From positions 9,722 to 73,721 of the forward strand of contig CAYXGE010000001.1 in the NCBI GenBank assembly GCA_964464435.1: 64,000 bases of DNA, written 5' to 3'. Shown piece by piece: positions 53,928 to 63,358 of this stretch. Below the pieces are notes generated by a model, which had not been told where the DNA came from, did no database searches, and saw only the letters and a list, made by a program, of their open reading frames with translations. The translations under genes and the position numbers were made by a program. Numbering within the stretch: position 1 is the stretch's first letter; the number at the start of each line of letters is the position of its first letter. This DNA comes from an uncultured Methylophilaceae bacterium. GTDB lineage: Bacteria > Pseudomonadota > Gammaproteobacteria > Burkholderiales > Methylophilaceae.

Positions 53928-54518
53928 ATGGACATCAAAACACGTATTTCAAATCATTTTGAAGAAAGTGGCCAGCTAAAATTAGCTTTGGCGGAACTGT
54001 TAGCAACGCCAATTACTTACGCAGCCGAGCTTATTGTGCAGGCGCTACTAAACGAAAAAAAGGTGTTGTCTTGTGGTAACGGAGGCTCTGCCGCCAGTGC
54101 ACAGTATTTTGCTTCGATGATGCTTAATCGATACCAAACAGAACGTCCTGGCCTTGCCGCCATAGCGTTATGTGCAGACAACTCAACACTCACTTCTATA
54201 GCGATTGATCATCATTTTGAAACGGTGTTTTCACAACAAATCATGGCACTTGGTATGCAAGATGATATTTTGCTCGCCATTAGCGTCAGTGGTAGCTCAA
54301 AAAACATGCTCAGAGCCATTAAGGCTGGTAAAGAAAGAGGCATGAAGATTATTGCCCTAAGCGGCGGTGACGGGGGAAACTTAGTTGAACTTCTAGGTGA
54401 CCAAGATATTCATATTGGCGTACCTCACGATAACAGCGCGCGTGTTCAAGAAGTTTATGTATTAATTGTGCATTGCTTATGCGATGCAATAGATTGTATT
54501 TTATTAGGAGTGCATTAA
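53928..54518 (+). CDS. diaA: SIS-domain protein, DiaA / phosphoheptose-isomerase-like
   Basis: CGNGGSAA.AQ.F and ISVSGSS.N are present. The synteny suggests DiaA rather than GmhA. Confidence 0.75.
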   Translation: MDIKTRISNHFEESGQLKLALAELLATPITYAAELIVQALLNEKKVLSCGNGGSAASAQYFASMMLNRYQTERPGLAAIALCADNSTLTSIAIDHHFETVFSQQIMALGMQDDILLAISVSGSSKNMLRAIKAGKERGMKIIALSGGDGGNLVELLGDQDIHIGVPHDNSARVQEVYVLIVHCLCDAIDCILLGVH

Positions 54519-55099
54519 TGCGAAACCAAACATCTCAGCTATTTTTAGGATTTTCAGCCATTTTACTTATTTCACAACTCAGCGCATGCGCACCAGTAGT
54601 AATTGGCGGCGCTGCCGCAGGTGGTGCAATGGCAGCAGATCGTCGTACCTCAGGCATTTACATTGAAGACCAGAATATAGAACTAAAAGCATCCCAGCAA
54701 ATAAGTCAGCAACTTGGCGATAAAGTGCATGTTAACGTCACCAGCTATAATCGCAATGTATTACTCACTGGCGAAGCAATCGACGCTACAAGCAAAAGCA
54801 AAGTTGAAAGCATTACAAAAGAAATCACCAACGTAAAATCTGTTGTAAATGAACTTGCTATTGCAGGAAATAGCGATCTTAGTGCAAGAAGTAGTGATAC
54901 TTATATTACTTCTAAAGTAAAAACAAATATGCTAACTGAAAACCGTTTCCCACCCAATTATGTCAAAGTGGTGACTGAAAACGCTGTTGTGTATTTAATG
55001 GGGTTAGTTAAACATCAAGAAGCGGATGCTGCCGTTGAAATTGCAAGAAATACAGGCGGTGTTGCAAAAGTGGTCAAAGTGTTTGAATACATCGACTAA
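54518..55099 (+). CDS. dolP: BON-domain lipoprotein (DolP/YraP-like)
   Basis: The lipobox is LSACAP and there are two BON repeats. The start is placed at the ATG at 54518, overlapping the upstream stop (TAATG). Confidence 0.8.
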   Translation: MRNQTSQLFLGFSAILLISQLSACAPVVIGGAAAGGAMAADRRTSGIYIEDQNIELKASQQISQQLGDKVHVNVTSYNRNVLLTGEAIDATSKSKVESITKEITNVKSVVNELAIAGNSDLSARSSDTYITSKVKTNMLTENRFPPNYVKVVTENAVVYLMGLVKHQEADAAVEIARNTGGVAKVVKVFEYID

Positions 55100-55233
55100 T
55101 TCTAAGCCTAGATGCCACAAAGACTAAACTTTTTTAATACGCTGGCGTTATAATATACGGGTATGAAAGCAGGTGTTGATGTTGCCAAAAACAGCATTAA
55201 CGCCTGAACTCATAAAAACTTAACCAGTGGACA

Positions 55234-55533
55234 ATGAAAATGACAACAGAAAGAATTATTATTGAAGGCCTCACAAGGGCTGGCAAACCATTTAGACCCA
55301 GTGATTGGGTTGACCGTATGTGTAGCACCTACGCTACTTTTGGCGCAGATAGAAAACTACGTTACTCACCATACCTAAAGCCAGAAGTCATTAATGGTGT
55401 GCGTTGTTTAGCTGTAGATTTAAAACTCAAAGAAGTTAACCCTGAGGGTTACACTCAGCTCATGCACTTTGCGGATGAAAACCAACTCAATATCTTAGAC
55501 AACGCTGGAAATAGCATACCAGTTCCCGCTTAA
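55234..55533 (+). CDS. DUF3579-like small protein
   Basis: 99 aa, with IIEG.TR.GK.FRPSDW.DR.C pattern, which I associate with the betaproteobacterial DUF3579. The function is unknown. Confidence 0.6.
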   Translation: MKMTTERIIIEGLTRAGKPFRPSDWVDRMCSTYATFGADRKLRYSPYLKPEVINGVRCLAVDLKLKEVNPEGYTQLMHFADENQLNILDNAGNSIPVPA

Positions 55534-55535
55534 AT

Positions 55536-56045
55536 TTAAGGTGCTGAAGATGCGATGATTTGCTCAATCATCGCTCTAGTGATTAGCCCTCGCTTAGTTT
55601 TAACAAGCTTGCCAGCTGGATTGTAAATAAAGGTCGTAGGCATCACCTCGGCCTTACCTAATTTTTTTGCTATGGATGCGTCACCCAGCACAATAGGGTA
55701 AGAGACCAACATATCATCAACAAAAGCCGCTACAGCTTTGGGTGATGTATACTCAAATGCAACTCCTATTACCATGATATCTTTATTTTTACGGGCATCG
55801 TATAAATTAACTAAATCTGGCATTTCTTCGAGGCAAGGTGGGCACCAAGTTGCCCAGTAATTTATGATGAGCCACTTGCCGCGATAATCACCTAGGGTAT
55901 GCTGTTTACCAGTCATGTCCTGCAAAACAAAGTTGGCAATATGTTGACTTTCATCTTCAGCATTGAGCGGATAACTAGATAAAAAACTCATCATCAAAAT
56001 AACAAGCAAAAAAAACTTATTTAATCGTTGTTGCATAAATTCCAT
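55536..56045 (-). CDS. TlpA-family periplasmic thiol:disulfide oxidoreductase
   Basis: The thioredoxin-fold motif is YWATWCPPCLEEMP, and a signal sequence is present. The start is at 56045 or 56036. The tracked ORF extends to 56096. Confidence 0.85.
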   Translation of the reverse strand: MEFMQQRLNKFFLLVILMMSFLSSYPLNAEDESQHIANFVLQDMTGKQHTLGDYRGKWLIINYWATWCPPCLEEMPDLVNLYDARKNKDIMVIGVAFEYTSPKAVAAFVDDMLVSYPIVLGDASIAKKLGKAEVMPTTFIYNPAGKLVKTKRGLITRAMIEQIIASSAP

Positions 56046-56214
56046 CGCCCACCTCGTCAACCAGCATTGTGTAAGACATCTTTGAAATATTATCAATTTT
56101 CTGGCATTATCTGTGTGCTTATTGCTAAATTAGCACAAGCACTGGTTTGCAAGCTAGAATAAAGGCATAATGACTAATATAAAAATAGAGCAATAAAAAT
56201 GGGATACTTGTCGA

Positions 56215-57822
56215 ATGGCATTAAAATTAAACGTTCCTGCACTTGAAGAAAAACCTTTAGTCCTTGCGCAAACACAAGCAACTAAAGTTGCTGAATTTGT
56301 TGCTAATTTGCCTGTAGGGCAACCGCTAGTAGCAGCCAGCACTTTATTGGATGAGCTAGAAATTCTTAACCGCCAAAAAGTGTCTACTGACTTACGTTAC
56401 AAAATACTCGAAACATACCGTCCTTCAGCTATTAATCTTTGTGAATCACTGGCTGCTGAGTACAGTAGTTCTGCGATTCCCCTAACTGAAGAAGGCAGAA
56501 AATCTGCAGAGTTAGCGCAAAAAATATGGCTAGAATTCAGTTACGGCTATAAATTAGCCTTGCTTGATGAAAAGTCCCAACTGTTTAGTTTGTCTGGCAA
56601 GAAATATACTGCGCAATGCATATTTAGTGCTATAGATGCATTGAACAAACTAATGATGGTGTACTACCACAGTTACTTTAATGTGCCCAATAATGTATGG
56701 AGTGACTTGCATCAGCTATACCTATATGCTGCTGAGCAAAATATTCATCAGTTAGAAATTGATAGCAACAATCCGCTTGTCAAAGCCAGTACGATTGATT
56801 TAGCCTATAAGCAAGTACTCCTAATGTCTTTGGCTGATCCGCGTCATTTAAATAACCATGATATTAATTTAGTATCTGACTATGTTGCTAGGCATGCCCA
56901 TTTATCGCAAATTCAGGGGCTAGCCAACTTTGATAATCCCTCTGGTATTTTTCTTGTAAGCTTAAACAAAGATAAACCACCTATTCCTTACATCAAAAAT
57001 GCAAGCCCAACAGATGCTCATAGCGATATTTTGTTCATTACCATTGATTTGGCACGTACCATACATCAACATATCTTAATGTTGCAAACCAAGGTGCCAA
57101 CCAGTAAAGATGAGCTCCCTGAAAATGCCACTGACCCCCGTTATTTAGATTTATTAGTCTATTTAATTAAACACTGGGCAGCTTCTCCAAAGCGTATTTT
57201 TGGTCGTAAAAATAAAAATAATTTTTCAGAGCTTGCCTCCGGCATTAACGCTGCCCATTATTACATTAGCAATGAGCACACTTATCAACAGCCAGCCAAT
57301 GTAGGACAGGTCACAGATATTAGCCAAATGGCGTATGCTCAACAAGAAAATATGGCAACAAAAAAATCGCCTTCTTTATCTCGCTGGCAACTCATTAATA
57401 TAAGTGCTGGCGGTTTAGCTTTGCGCTTATTACCTAACTCGCAAACTACAGTACGTATTGGTGACTTAGCGTGTATTCGAAATACCAATGAGCCAAAATG
57501 GGCTATTGGCGTAATTCGTTGGGCTAACAATAGTGATCAACAAGTGCTAGATATAGGTGCAGAACTAGTTGCGCCAGAGGCTTTTCCTGTTGGCATTAAA
57601 TCGCCCAATCGCTCACAATTTGAACAAGCGCTTATCTTGCCAGCCATTAACGCACTAAAACAATCTAGCTCTTTGGTTGCAAGCTATGGCACCTATAGCC
57701 CTGCGCGAGTGCTTGAATTAGATGAAAATGGCACCATATCTAGAGTGTTGGTGACTAAACTAATTGAACGTACCGCAAATTTTGAGCGTTTTCAGTTTAG
57801 TCGCATGGAAGATAGCATCTAA
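56215..57822 (+). CDS. hypothetical protein with a non-canonical PilZ-like C-terminal domain
   Basis: 535 aa. The C-terminal ~150 aa contain WQLINISAGGLALRL (an N-x-S-x-x-G PilZ motif at 57397-57414) and a following beta-barrel-like pattern, but no upstream RxxxR motif. Confidence 0.55.
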   Translation: MALKLNVPALEEKPLVLAQTQATKVAEFVANLPVGQPLVAASTLLDELEILNRQKVSTDLRYKILETYRPSAINLCESLAAEYSSSAIPLTEEGRKSAELAQKIWLEFSYGYKLALLDEKSQLFSLSGKKYTAQCIFSAIDALNKLMMVYYHSYFNVPNNVWSDLHQLYLYAAEQNIHQLEIDSNNPLVKASTIDLAYKQVLLMSLADPRHLNNHDINLVSDYVARHAHLSQIQGLANFDNPSGIFLVSLNKDKPPIPYIKNASPTDAHSDILFITIDLARTIHQHILMLQTKVPTSKDELPENATDPRYLDLLVYLIKHWAASPKRIFGRKNKNNFSELASGINAAHYYISNEHTYQQPANVGQVTDISQMAYAQQENMATKKSPSLSRWQLINISAGGLALRLLPNSQTTVRIGDLACIRNTNEPKWAIGVIRWANNSDQQVLDIGAELVAPEAFPVGIKSPNRSQFEQALILPAINALKQSSSLVASYGTYSPARVLELDENGTISRVLVTKLIERTANFERFQFSRMEDSI

Positions 57823-58003
57823 GTTAAGATTAAAGCTATTCTTTTAAAGAAGATTAGAATTAATCCGTTAAGTATTTTCATGAATTGATTAAAATGTATT
57901 GATTATCAACAAAACAGTACTTCACTAATTTAAAAATTTTAGCTACGATAGCATAATCACTAAATTCAACACACATTCAGTTATTTCACACAGAGGTTTT
58001 TCA

Positions 58004-58330
58004 ATGAGCGAACATATTACGCACGTTAATGACGATGCTTTTGAACAAGAAGTACTACAGTCAACAGTTCCAGTGCTGGTAGACTATTGGGCCGAATGGT
58101 GCGGCCCTTGCAAGATGATTGCACCAATTTTGGATGAAGTGGCAAAAGAATACGCTGGCCGCCTAAAAGTAGCTAAGCTTAATATTGATGAAAACCAAAA
58201 CACCCCACCTAAATATGGCATTCGTGGCATTCCTACTTTGATGTTATTTAAAAATGGCAATGTTGAAGCCACCAAAGTCGGTGCTTTATCTAAATCTCAA
58301 TTAACAGCATTTATTGACAGCAATATTTAA
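58004..58330 (+). CDS. trxA: thioredoxin
   Basis: [16 protein letters not shown] in 108 aa. Confidence 0.97.
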   Translation: MSEHITHVNDDAFEQEVLQSTVPVLVDYWAEWCGPCKMIAPILDEVAKEYAGRLKVAKLNIDENQNTPPKYGIRGIPTLMLFKNGNVEATKVGALSKSQLTAFIDSNI

Positions 58331-58440
58331 TACGGTTAACCTGTGCTTAATTTACTAAACTTTATTATCAATACGTAAGTTAAGCACAATATCTAGCAAC
58401 ATTCCCTTTGTAGTTCCGTTTTCTCAGTGAGCCTCACTCT

Positions 58441-59700
58441 ATGCATTTATCTGACCTTAAACACCTTCCTGTAACCGAATTGGTTGACATGGCAATTTCT
58501 AATGAAATAGAAAATGCCAGCCGCATGAGAAAGCAAGATTTAATTTTTGCTTTACTTAAAAATAAAGCAAAAAAAGGGGATAGTATTTTTGGTGATGGCA
58601 CACTTGAGGTCTTGCAAGATGGATTTGGATTTTTAAGGTCACCCGATACTTCATATTTGGCAGGTCCAGATGACATTTATGTATCCCCCTCGCAAATTAG
58701 ACGTTTTAATTTACACACTGGTGACACCATCAATGGTGAAATTCGCACTCCAAAAGAAGGCGAACGTTATTTTGCTTTAGTCAAAGTGGATAGTGTCAAT
58801 GGTGAAGCCCCTGAAAACACCAAGCATAAAATTTTATTTGAAAATTTAACCCCGCTTTTTCCTACCGTACCATTAACACTTGAACGTGATATTAGAGGTG
58901 AAGAAAATATTACTGGCCGCGTCATTGATATGATTGCGCCCATTGGTAAAGGTCAGCGTGGGCTGCTCGTCGCCAGTCCAAAAAGTGGTAAAACGGTGAT
59001 GATGCAACACATCGCTCACGCAATCACTTCAAACCACCCAGATGTGATATTGATTGTATTATTAATTGATGAGCGTCCTGAAGAAGTGACGGAAATGACG
59101 CGCTCAGTCAAAGGCGAAGTAGTTGCTTCAACTTTCGATGAGCCAGCAACGCGTCACGTACAAGTGGCTGAAATGGTGCTAGAAAAAGCTAAGCGCCTAG
59201 TTGAGCATAAAAAGGATGTGGTCATTTTACTAGACTCCATTACACGTTTAGCGCGTGCCTACAATACGGTGGTACCAGCGTCTGGCAAGGTGCTCACTGG
59301 TGGTGTAGATGCAAACGCGCTACAACGCCCAAAACGCTTTTTTGGTGCCGCGCGTAATATTGAAGAAGGCGGTTCATTAACCATTATCGCTACTGCTTTA
59401 GTTGAAACTGGTAGCCGAATGGATGATGTGATTTATGAAGAGTTTAAAGGCACGGGCAATATGGAAATTCATCTTGACCGTCGTATGGCAGAAAAACGTA
59501 TTTATCCAGCCATTAACGTTAATAAATCAGGCACTCGCCGTGAAGAGTTATTGATTGAGCGCGATATTCTGCAAAAGATTTGGGTGCTCAGAAAACTGCT
59601 TCACCCAATGGATGACCTTGAAGCCATGGAGTTTTTGCTAGATAAAATTAAAGCCACCAAAAATAACAATGACTTCTTCGACAGCATGCGCAGAGGCTAA
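58441..59700 (+). CDS. rho: transcription termination factor Rho
   Basis: MHLSDLK...EL, FGFLR, the P-loop ASPKSGKT and an RNA-binding OB domain are present. Confidence 0.98.
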   Translation: MHLSDLKHLPVTELVDMAISNEIENASRMRKQDLIFALLKNKAKKGDSIFGDGTLEVLQDGFGFLRSPDTSYLAGPDDIYVSPSQIRRFNLHTGDTINGEIRTPKEGERYFALVKVDSVNGEAPENTKHKILFENLTPLFPTVPLTLERDIRGEENITGRVIDMIAPIGKGQRGLLVASPKSGKTVMMQHIAHAITSNHPDVILIVLLIDERPEEVTEMTRSVKGEVVASTFDEPATRHVQVAEMVLEKAKRLVEHKKDVVILLDSITRLARAYNTVVPASGKVLTGGVDANALQRPKRFFGAARNIEEGGSLTIIATALVETGSRMDDVIYEEFKGTGNMEIHLDRRMAEKRIYPAINVNKSGTRREELLIERDILQKIWVLRKLLHPMDDLEAMEFLLDKIKATKNNNDFFDSMRRG

Positions 59701-59801
59701 GCCAGAAACATTAAAAAAATTAGCAAAAGGGTGTTGCTTAATTCCCTATTTTCATTGATAATTGCGCGTTTTCTCGAACGAATTATTGAAAGAGACCCAG
59801 C

Positions 59802-60002
59802 ATGAAAGCTGATATTCATCCAAATTACCCTGAAGTTGACGTAACTTGCAGTTGCGGCAATAAGTTTAAAACACGCTCAACCATTGGCAAAAGCCTCAAC
59901 GTTGAAGTATGTTCTTTATGCCATCCTTTTTATACAGGTAAGCAAAAGATTCTTGATACTGCAGGTCGCGTTGAAAAGTTCCGCCAAAAATACGGCATGT
60001 AA
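59802..60002 (+). CDS. rpmE: 50S ribosomal protein L31 (zinc-binding type A)
   Basis: MKADIHPNY, the CSCG...[13 protein letters not shown] Cys quartet is present. Confidence 0.95.
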   Translation: MKADIHPNYPEVDVTCSCGNKFKTRSTIGKSLNVEVCSLCHPFYTGKQKILDTAGRVEKFRQKYGM

Positions 60003-60017
60003 TCAAACGCAAGTTTC

Positions 60018-60045
60018 AAAAAGGCAGCTCAGGCTGCCTTTTTTA
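60018..60045 (+). terminator. intrinsic terminator after rpmE
   Basis: AAAAA-GGCAGC-TCAG-GCTGCC-TTTTTT. Confidence 0.8.
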
Positions 60046-60131
60046 TTGCTAAATCATCACCATGCATAGCTTCGGCTGGTAGAATTGATATTTAAAGTTT
60101 GTTAATCATTTTTTGAAAGTCTGCTTGATTC

Positions 60132-61793
60132 ATGGCATTTGAAATTGAACATGATTGGCAAGGTGACTTAGCCACTCCACGTGCTCACATTGGTGTGCGT
60201 GTCAAAACCCATCTACTCATTTTGCTGAGCGTTATTTGGGTATGCCTAGGCTTAATTGGGCATGAGCCTTGGAAACCCTATGAATCGCAAAGTATTAGCA
60301 TTATCAAAAACATGCTAGAAGGTCAAAGCTACAGCACACCTCTGGCTGTTGGTCAAAGCGAGATTGAATATCCTCCGCTATATTATCTGGTTGCCGCTGG
60401 CTTTATTAAAGCCTTTTCACCTTTATTATCTATGCACGATGCAGCGCGCCTTTCCAATATTATATGGATGGGGATTACTATTATGTTAGTTGGCATGATG
60501 GGGCGCGAACTATGGGGTTATGGTTCTGGACGACAAACCGCTTTGGTACTCATAGGTTCGCTTGGTTTAGTAGTAACTGCTCACCAAATCACGCCTCATG
60601 TCGCAGGGCTTACTGGCTTAACGATAGCGCTTTATGCACTAACGCTTGCTTATAGACGGCCTTTTAGAGCGGCGCTTCTGTTGTCTTTAAGTTTAATTAC
60701 TTGTTTTTTATCTACTGGTCTTGTGCATGTTGCCATCATTCTAATTTCAGTATTAATGCTAGCAATATTGTTTAGACATTGGCAAACGCAGCGCTATGCT
60801 ATTGTATGCGGCATTGCGTTGCTCTGTGCATTACCTATAGTAGCCATTTGGCCATTCATTGTGCATGCTAATACGCCACATTTACTCAACGCATGGTGGC
60901 TACAACAATTTGCAGTCTTTAATACATTTAATCATACCTACTTTTTAAAAACACTCGCATGGTACGCGTTACCTGGCCTGCCAATCGCCATATGGGGGCT
61001 ATGGCGATATAAAGAATACGTACTCAGCACTGCAAAATATCAGATCTTAACTACTTTCTTTGTCGTCAGCTTTTTAATTTTAGGCTTAGATAGTAAACCT
61101 AGAGAAATTGATGCACTACCTATGCTATTGCCAATTACGGTGATGGCAGGCGGTAGTATAGAAACCCTCAAACGAGGAGCTGCTGGGCTGTTAAATTGGT
61201 TTGGTTTAATGTTGTTTGGTAGTATTAGCTTTGTAATTTGGTTAGCTTGGGTTGCCATGACGACTGGCTGGCCTGCAAAACTTAACGAGCGCATGCAAAT
61301 TTTATCAGGGAGTCACGATTTTTCTGTGCATTGGTTTGCCATGATGATTGCAAGCGTTGCGACCGTCATTTGGTTATTGGTAATTAATAATTACAAACAC
61401 TCAAACCGCGCCGCAATTACGGATTGGGCGGTAGGCATGACCACCGCATGGACTTTATTGATGACCTTATGGCTACCTTGGATAGACTCTGCAAGAAGTT
61501 ATAAAGAAGTGATGCGAGAGATGCAACAACACCTACCAACACAATATGCGTGCTTAAGTAGTAGGGGTTTGGGTGAAAGCCAAATGGCCTTACTTCACTA
61601 TTACACCAATATTAAAGCGATTCCCGTAGACAATGCGCAACGAATTGATTGTGATATATTTCTGATTCAAGGTGAACGTGGCAAAGACAAAAGTAATAAA
61701 GTTGGCGCTGGCTCTGATTGGAAATTATTATGGGAAGGCAAACGCGCTGCCTACACAAGAGAAAACTTTAGATTGTATCAATACAAACAATGA
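60132..61793 (+). CDS. polytopic GT-C (GT39/ArnT-like) glycosyltransferase
   Basis: More than 10 TM helices. The first-loop features are GHEPWKPYESQS...YPPLYY, typical of PMT_2/ArnT-like enzymes. Confidence 0.65.
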   Translation: MAFEIEHDWQGDLATPRAHIGVRVKTHLLILLSVIWVCLGLIGHEPWKPYESQSISIIKNMLEGQSYSTPLAVGQSEIEYPPLYYLVAAGFIKAFSPLLSMHDAARLSNIIWMGITIMLVGMMGRELWGYGSGRQTALVLIGSLGLVVTAHQITPHVAGLTGLTIALYALTLAYRRPFRAALLLSLSLITCFLSTGLVHVAIILISVLMLAILFRHWQTQRYAIVCGIALLCALPIVAIWPFIVHANTPHLLNAWWLQQFAVFNTFNHTYFLKTLAWYALPGLPIAIWGLWRYKEYVLSTAKYQILTTFFVVSFLILGLDSKPREIDALPMLLPITVMAGGSIETLKRGAAGLLNWFGLMLFGSISFVIWLAWVAMTTGWPAKLNERMQILSGSHDFSVHWFAMMIASVATVIWLLVINNYKHSNRAAITDWAVGMTTAWTLLMTLWLPWIDSARSYKEVMREMQQHLPTQYACLSSRGLGESQMALLHYYTNIKAIPVDNAQRIDCDIFLIQGERGKDKSNKVGAGSDWKLLWEGKRAAYTRENFRLYQYKQ

Positions 61794-62779
61794 CCTCCTT
61801 AATTGATCAGTTTGGCCGTACTGTCGATTATATTCGCCTCTCTATCACAGACCGTTGCGATTTTAGATGTCAATATTGCATGGCTGAAGACATGACCTTT
61901 CTACCGCGAAATGAGGTATTGTCTCTAGAAGAATGTGCGCGGCTGGTCAATATTTTTGTTGGTCTTGGCGTGAGCAAAGTGCGGATTACAGGGGGCGAAC
62001 CCTTGGTACGCAAAAATGCGCTTTGGCTGTTTGAAACCATTGGTCAGCTAAAAGGGCTAAAAGAGTTAGTGCTTACTACCAACGGTAGCCAATTGCAAAA
62101 GCAAGCCGCACAACTCAAAGCAGCAGGAGTTAAACGCATCAATATTTCAGTAGATAGCTTAAATGCTGAGCGCTTTAAAAGCATTACCCGCACAGGCGAT
62201 TTAAACAAAGTATTGGCAGGTATTGAAAGTGCAATTGAGGTTGGCTTTACTGGCATTAAACTCAATACCGTTTTAATGCGCGGCATCAATGATGATGAAA
62301 CCGAGCAGCTAGTACAATTTGCTATCGACAAAAACATTGATATTAGCTTTATTGAAGAAATGCCCTTAGGCGAAGTTAACCACAGCCGCGACAGTAGCTT
62401 TGTGAGTAATATTGAAACCCTCAATCGTTTACAAAGTAAGTATTTACTCACCCCCAGCACCCAAACCACAGGAGGCCCTGCTAAATATTGGCAGGTTGCA
62501 GACACCAAGACAAAAGTTGGTTTTATTTCACCCCATAGCCATAATTTTTGTGAAAGCTGTAACCGCGTGCGTATTACCTGCAAAGGGGAGTTATTTTTAT
62601 GCCTTGGTCAAGAAGATAAAATTGAGCTGATGCCTCTACTGCGTGCGCACCCCAATGATGATGCACCTCTAATTGAAGCCATACTAAATAGCATGCGCAT
62701 TAAACCTAAAGGCCACGACTTTGACCTCAAACGTGCTGCGCCGGCTGTAGTTAGGTTTATGTCGCATACGGGTGGGTAA
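61790..62779 (+). CDS. moaA: GTP 3',8-cyclase (molybdenum cofactor biosynthesis)
   Basis: The radical-SAM motif is CDFRCQYC and the C-terminal cluster is CESCNRVRITCKGELFLC. Confidence 0.95.
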   Translation: MTSLIDQFGRTVDYIRLSITDRCDFRCQYCMAEDMTFLPRNEVLSLEECARLVNIFVGLGVSKVRITGGEPLVRKNALWLFETIGQLKGLKELVLTTNGSQLQKQAAQLKAAGVKRINISVDSLNAERFKSITRTGDLNKVLAGIESAIEVGFTGIKLNTVLMRGINDDETEQLVQFAIDKNIDISFIEEMPLGEVNHSRDSSFVSNIETLNRLQSKYLLTPSTQTTGGPAKYWQVADTKTKVGFISPHSHNFCESCNRVRITCKGELFLCLGQEDKIELMPLLRAHPNDDAPLIEAILNSMRIKPKGHDFDLKRAAPAVVRFMSHTGG

Positions 62780-63358
62780 ATGCAAATTACAGCAACTATC
62801 CTTTCAGGCGGCCGCGCCACCCGCATGGGCGGGGTAGACAAAGGCTTAGTATTACTTAAAGACAAACCGCTGATTGCGCATGTCATCACGCGCTTAGCGC
62901 CACAAGTTGATGAACTCCTTATCAACGCAAATCGTGAAATTGAAACTTATGAGCGCATGGGTTATAGCGTTTTAAAAGATGAAATCCATGATTTTCCGGG
63001 CCCACTCGCAGGGTTTTTATTAGGCTTAAAGCATGCCAAACACGATTATGTTTTAACCGTGCCGTGCGACTCGCCTTTATTGCCCCTTGATTTAGTGCAT
63101 AGACTCTATGCGGGCATGACCCAAGCCCACGCTGATATTGCTGTTGCGAGTAGCTGTGGCAACACACACCCTGTATTTTGTTTAATGAAAAGAAACTTAC
63201 TGCCCAGCCTGCAAGCTTTTATTGATGCGGGTGAGCGCAAAGTAAGTAAATGGCAAAAAAGCCAAGCATATGTTGAGGTAGACTTTAGCGATTGCGATGA
63301 AGCTTTTACTAATCTCAATACCTTAGACGAGCTAACAACACTAGAGTTAAATTTATGA
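62780..63358 (+). CDS. mobA: molybdenum cofactor guanylyltransferase
   Basis: ILSGGRATRMGGVDKGL and VPCDSP are present. Confidence 0.9.
   Translation: MQITATILSGGRATRMGGVDKGLVLLKDKPLIAHVITRLAPQVDELLINANREIETYERMGYSVLKDEIHDFPGPLAGFLLGLKHAKHDYVLTVPCDSPLLPLDLVHRLYAGMTQAHADIAVASSCGNTHPVFCLMKRNLLPSLQAFIDAGERKVSKWQKSQAYVEVDFSDCDEAFTNLNTLDELTTLELNL

Noticed and set aside
55163-55207. 14-codon mini-ORF (MKAGVDVAKNSINA) in the dolP-DUF3579 spacer, considered as a possible leader peptide.
   Set aside because: It has no convincing Shine-Dalgarno sequence, no regulatory codon run and no associated alternative hairpins. It is most likely chance.
62044-62583. 179-aa antisense ORF within moaA. The same applies to other antisense ORFs of 60-130 aa throughout the track, for example 2690-3076, 7909-8241, 37802-38143 and 52764-53165.
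   Set aside because: All lie inside well-supported genes with strong family motifs, so they are typical shadow ORFs.
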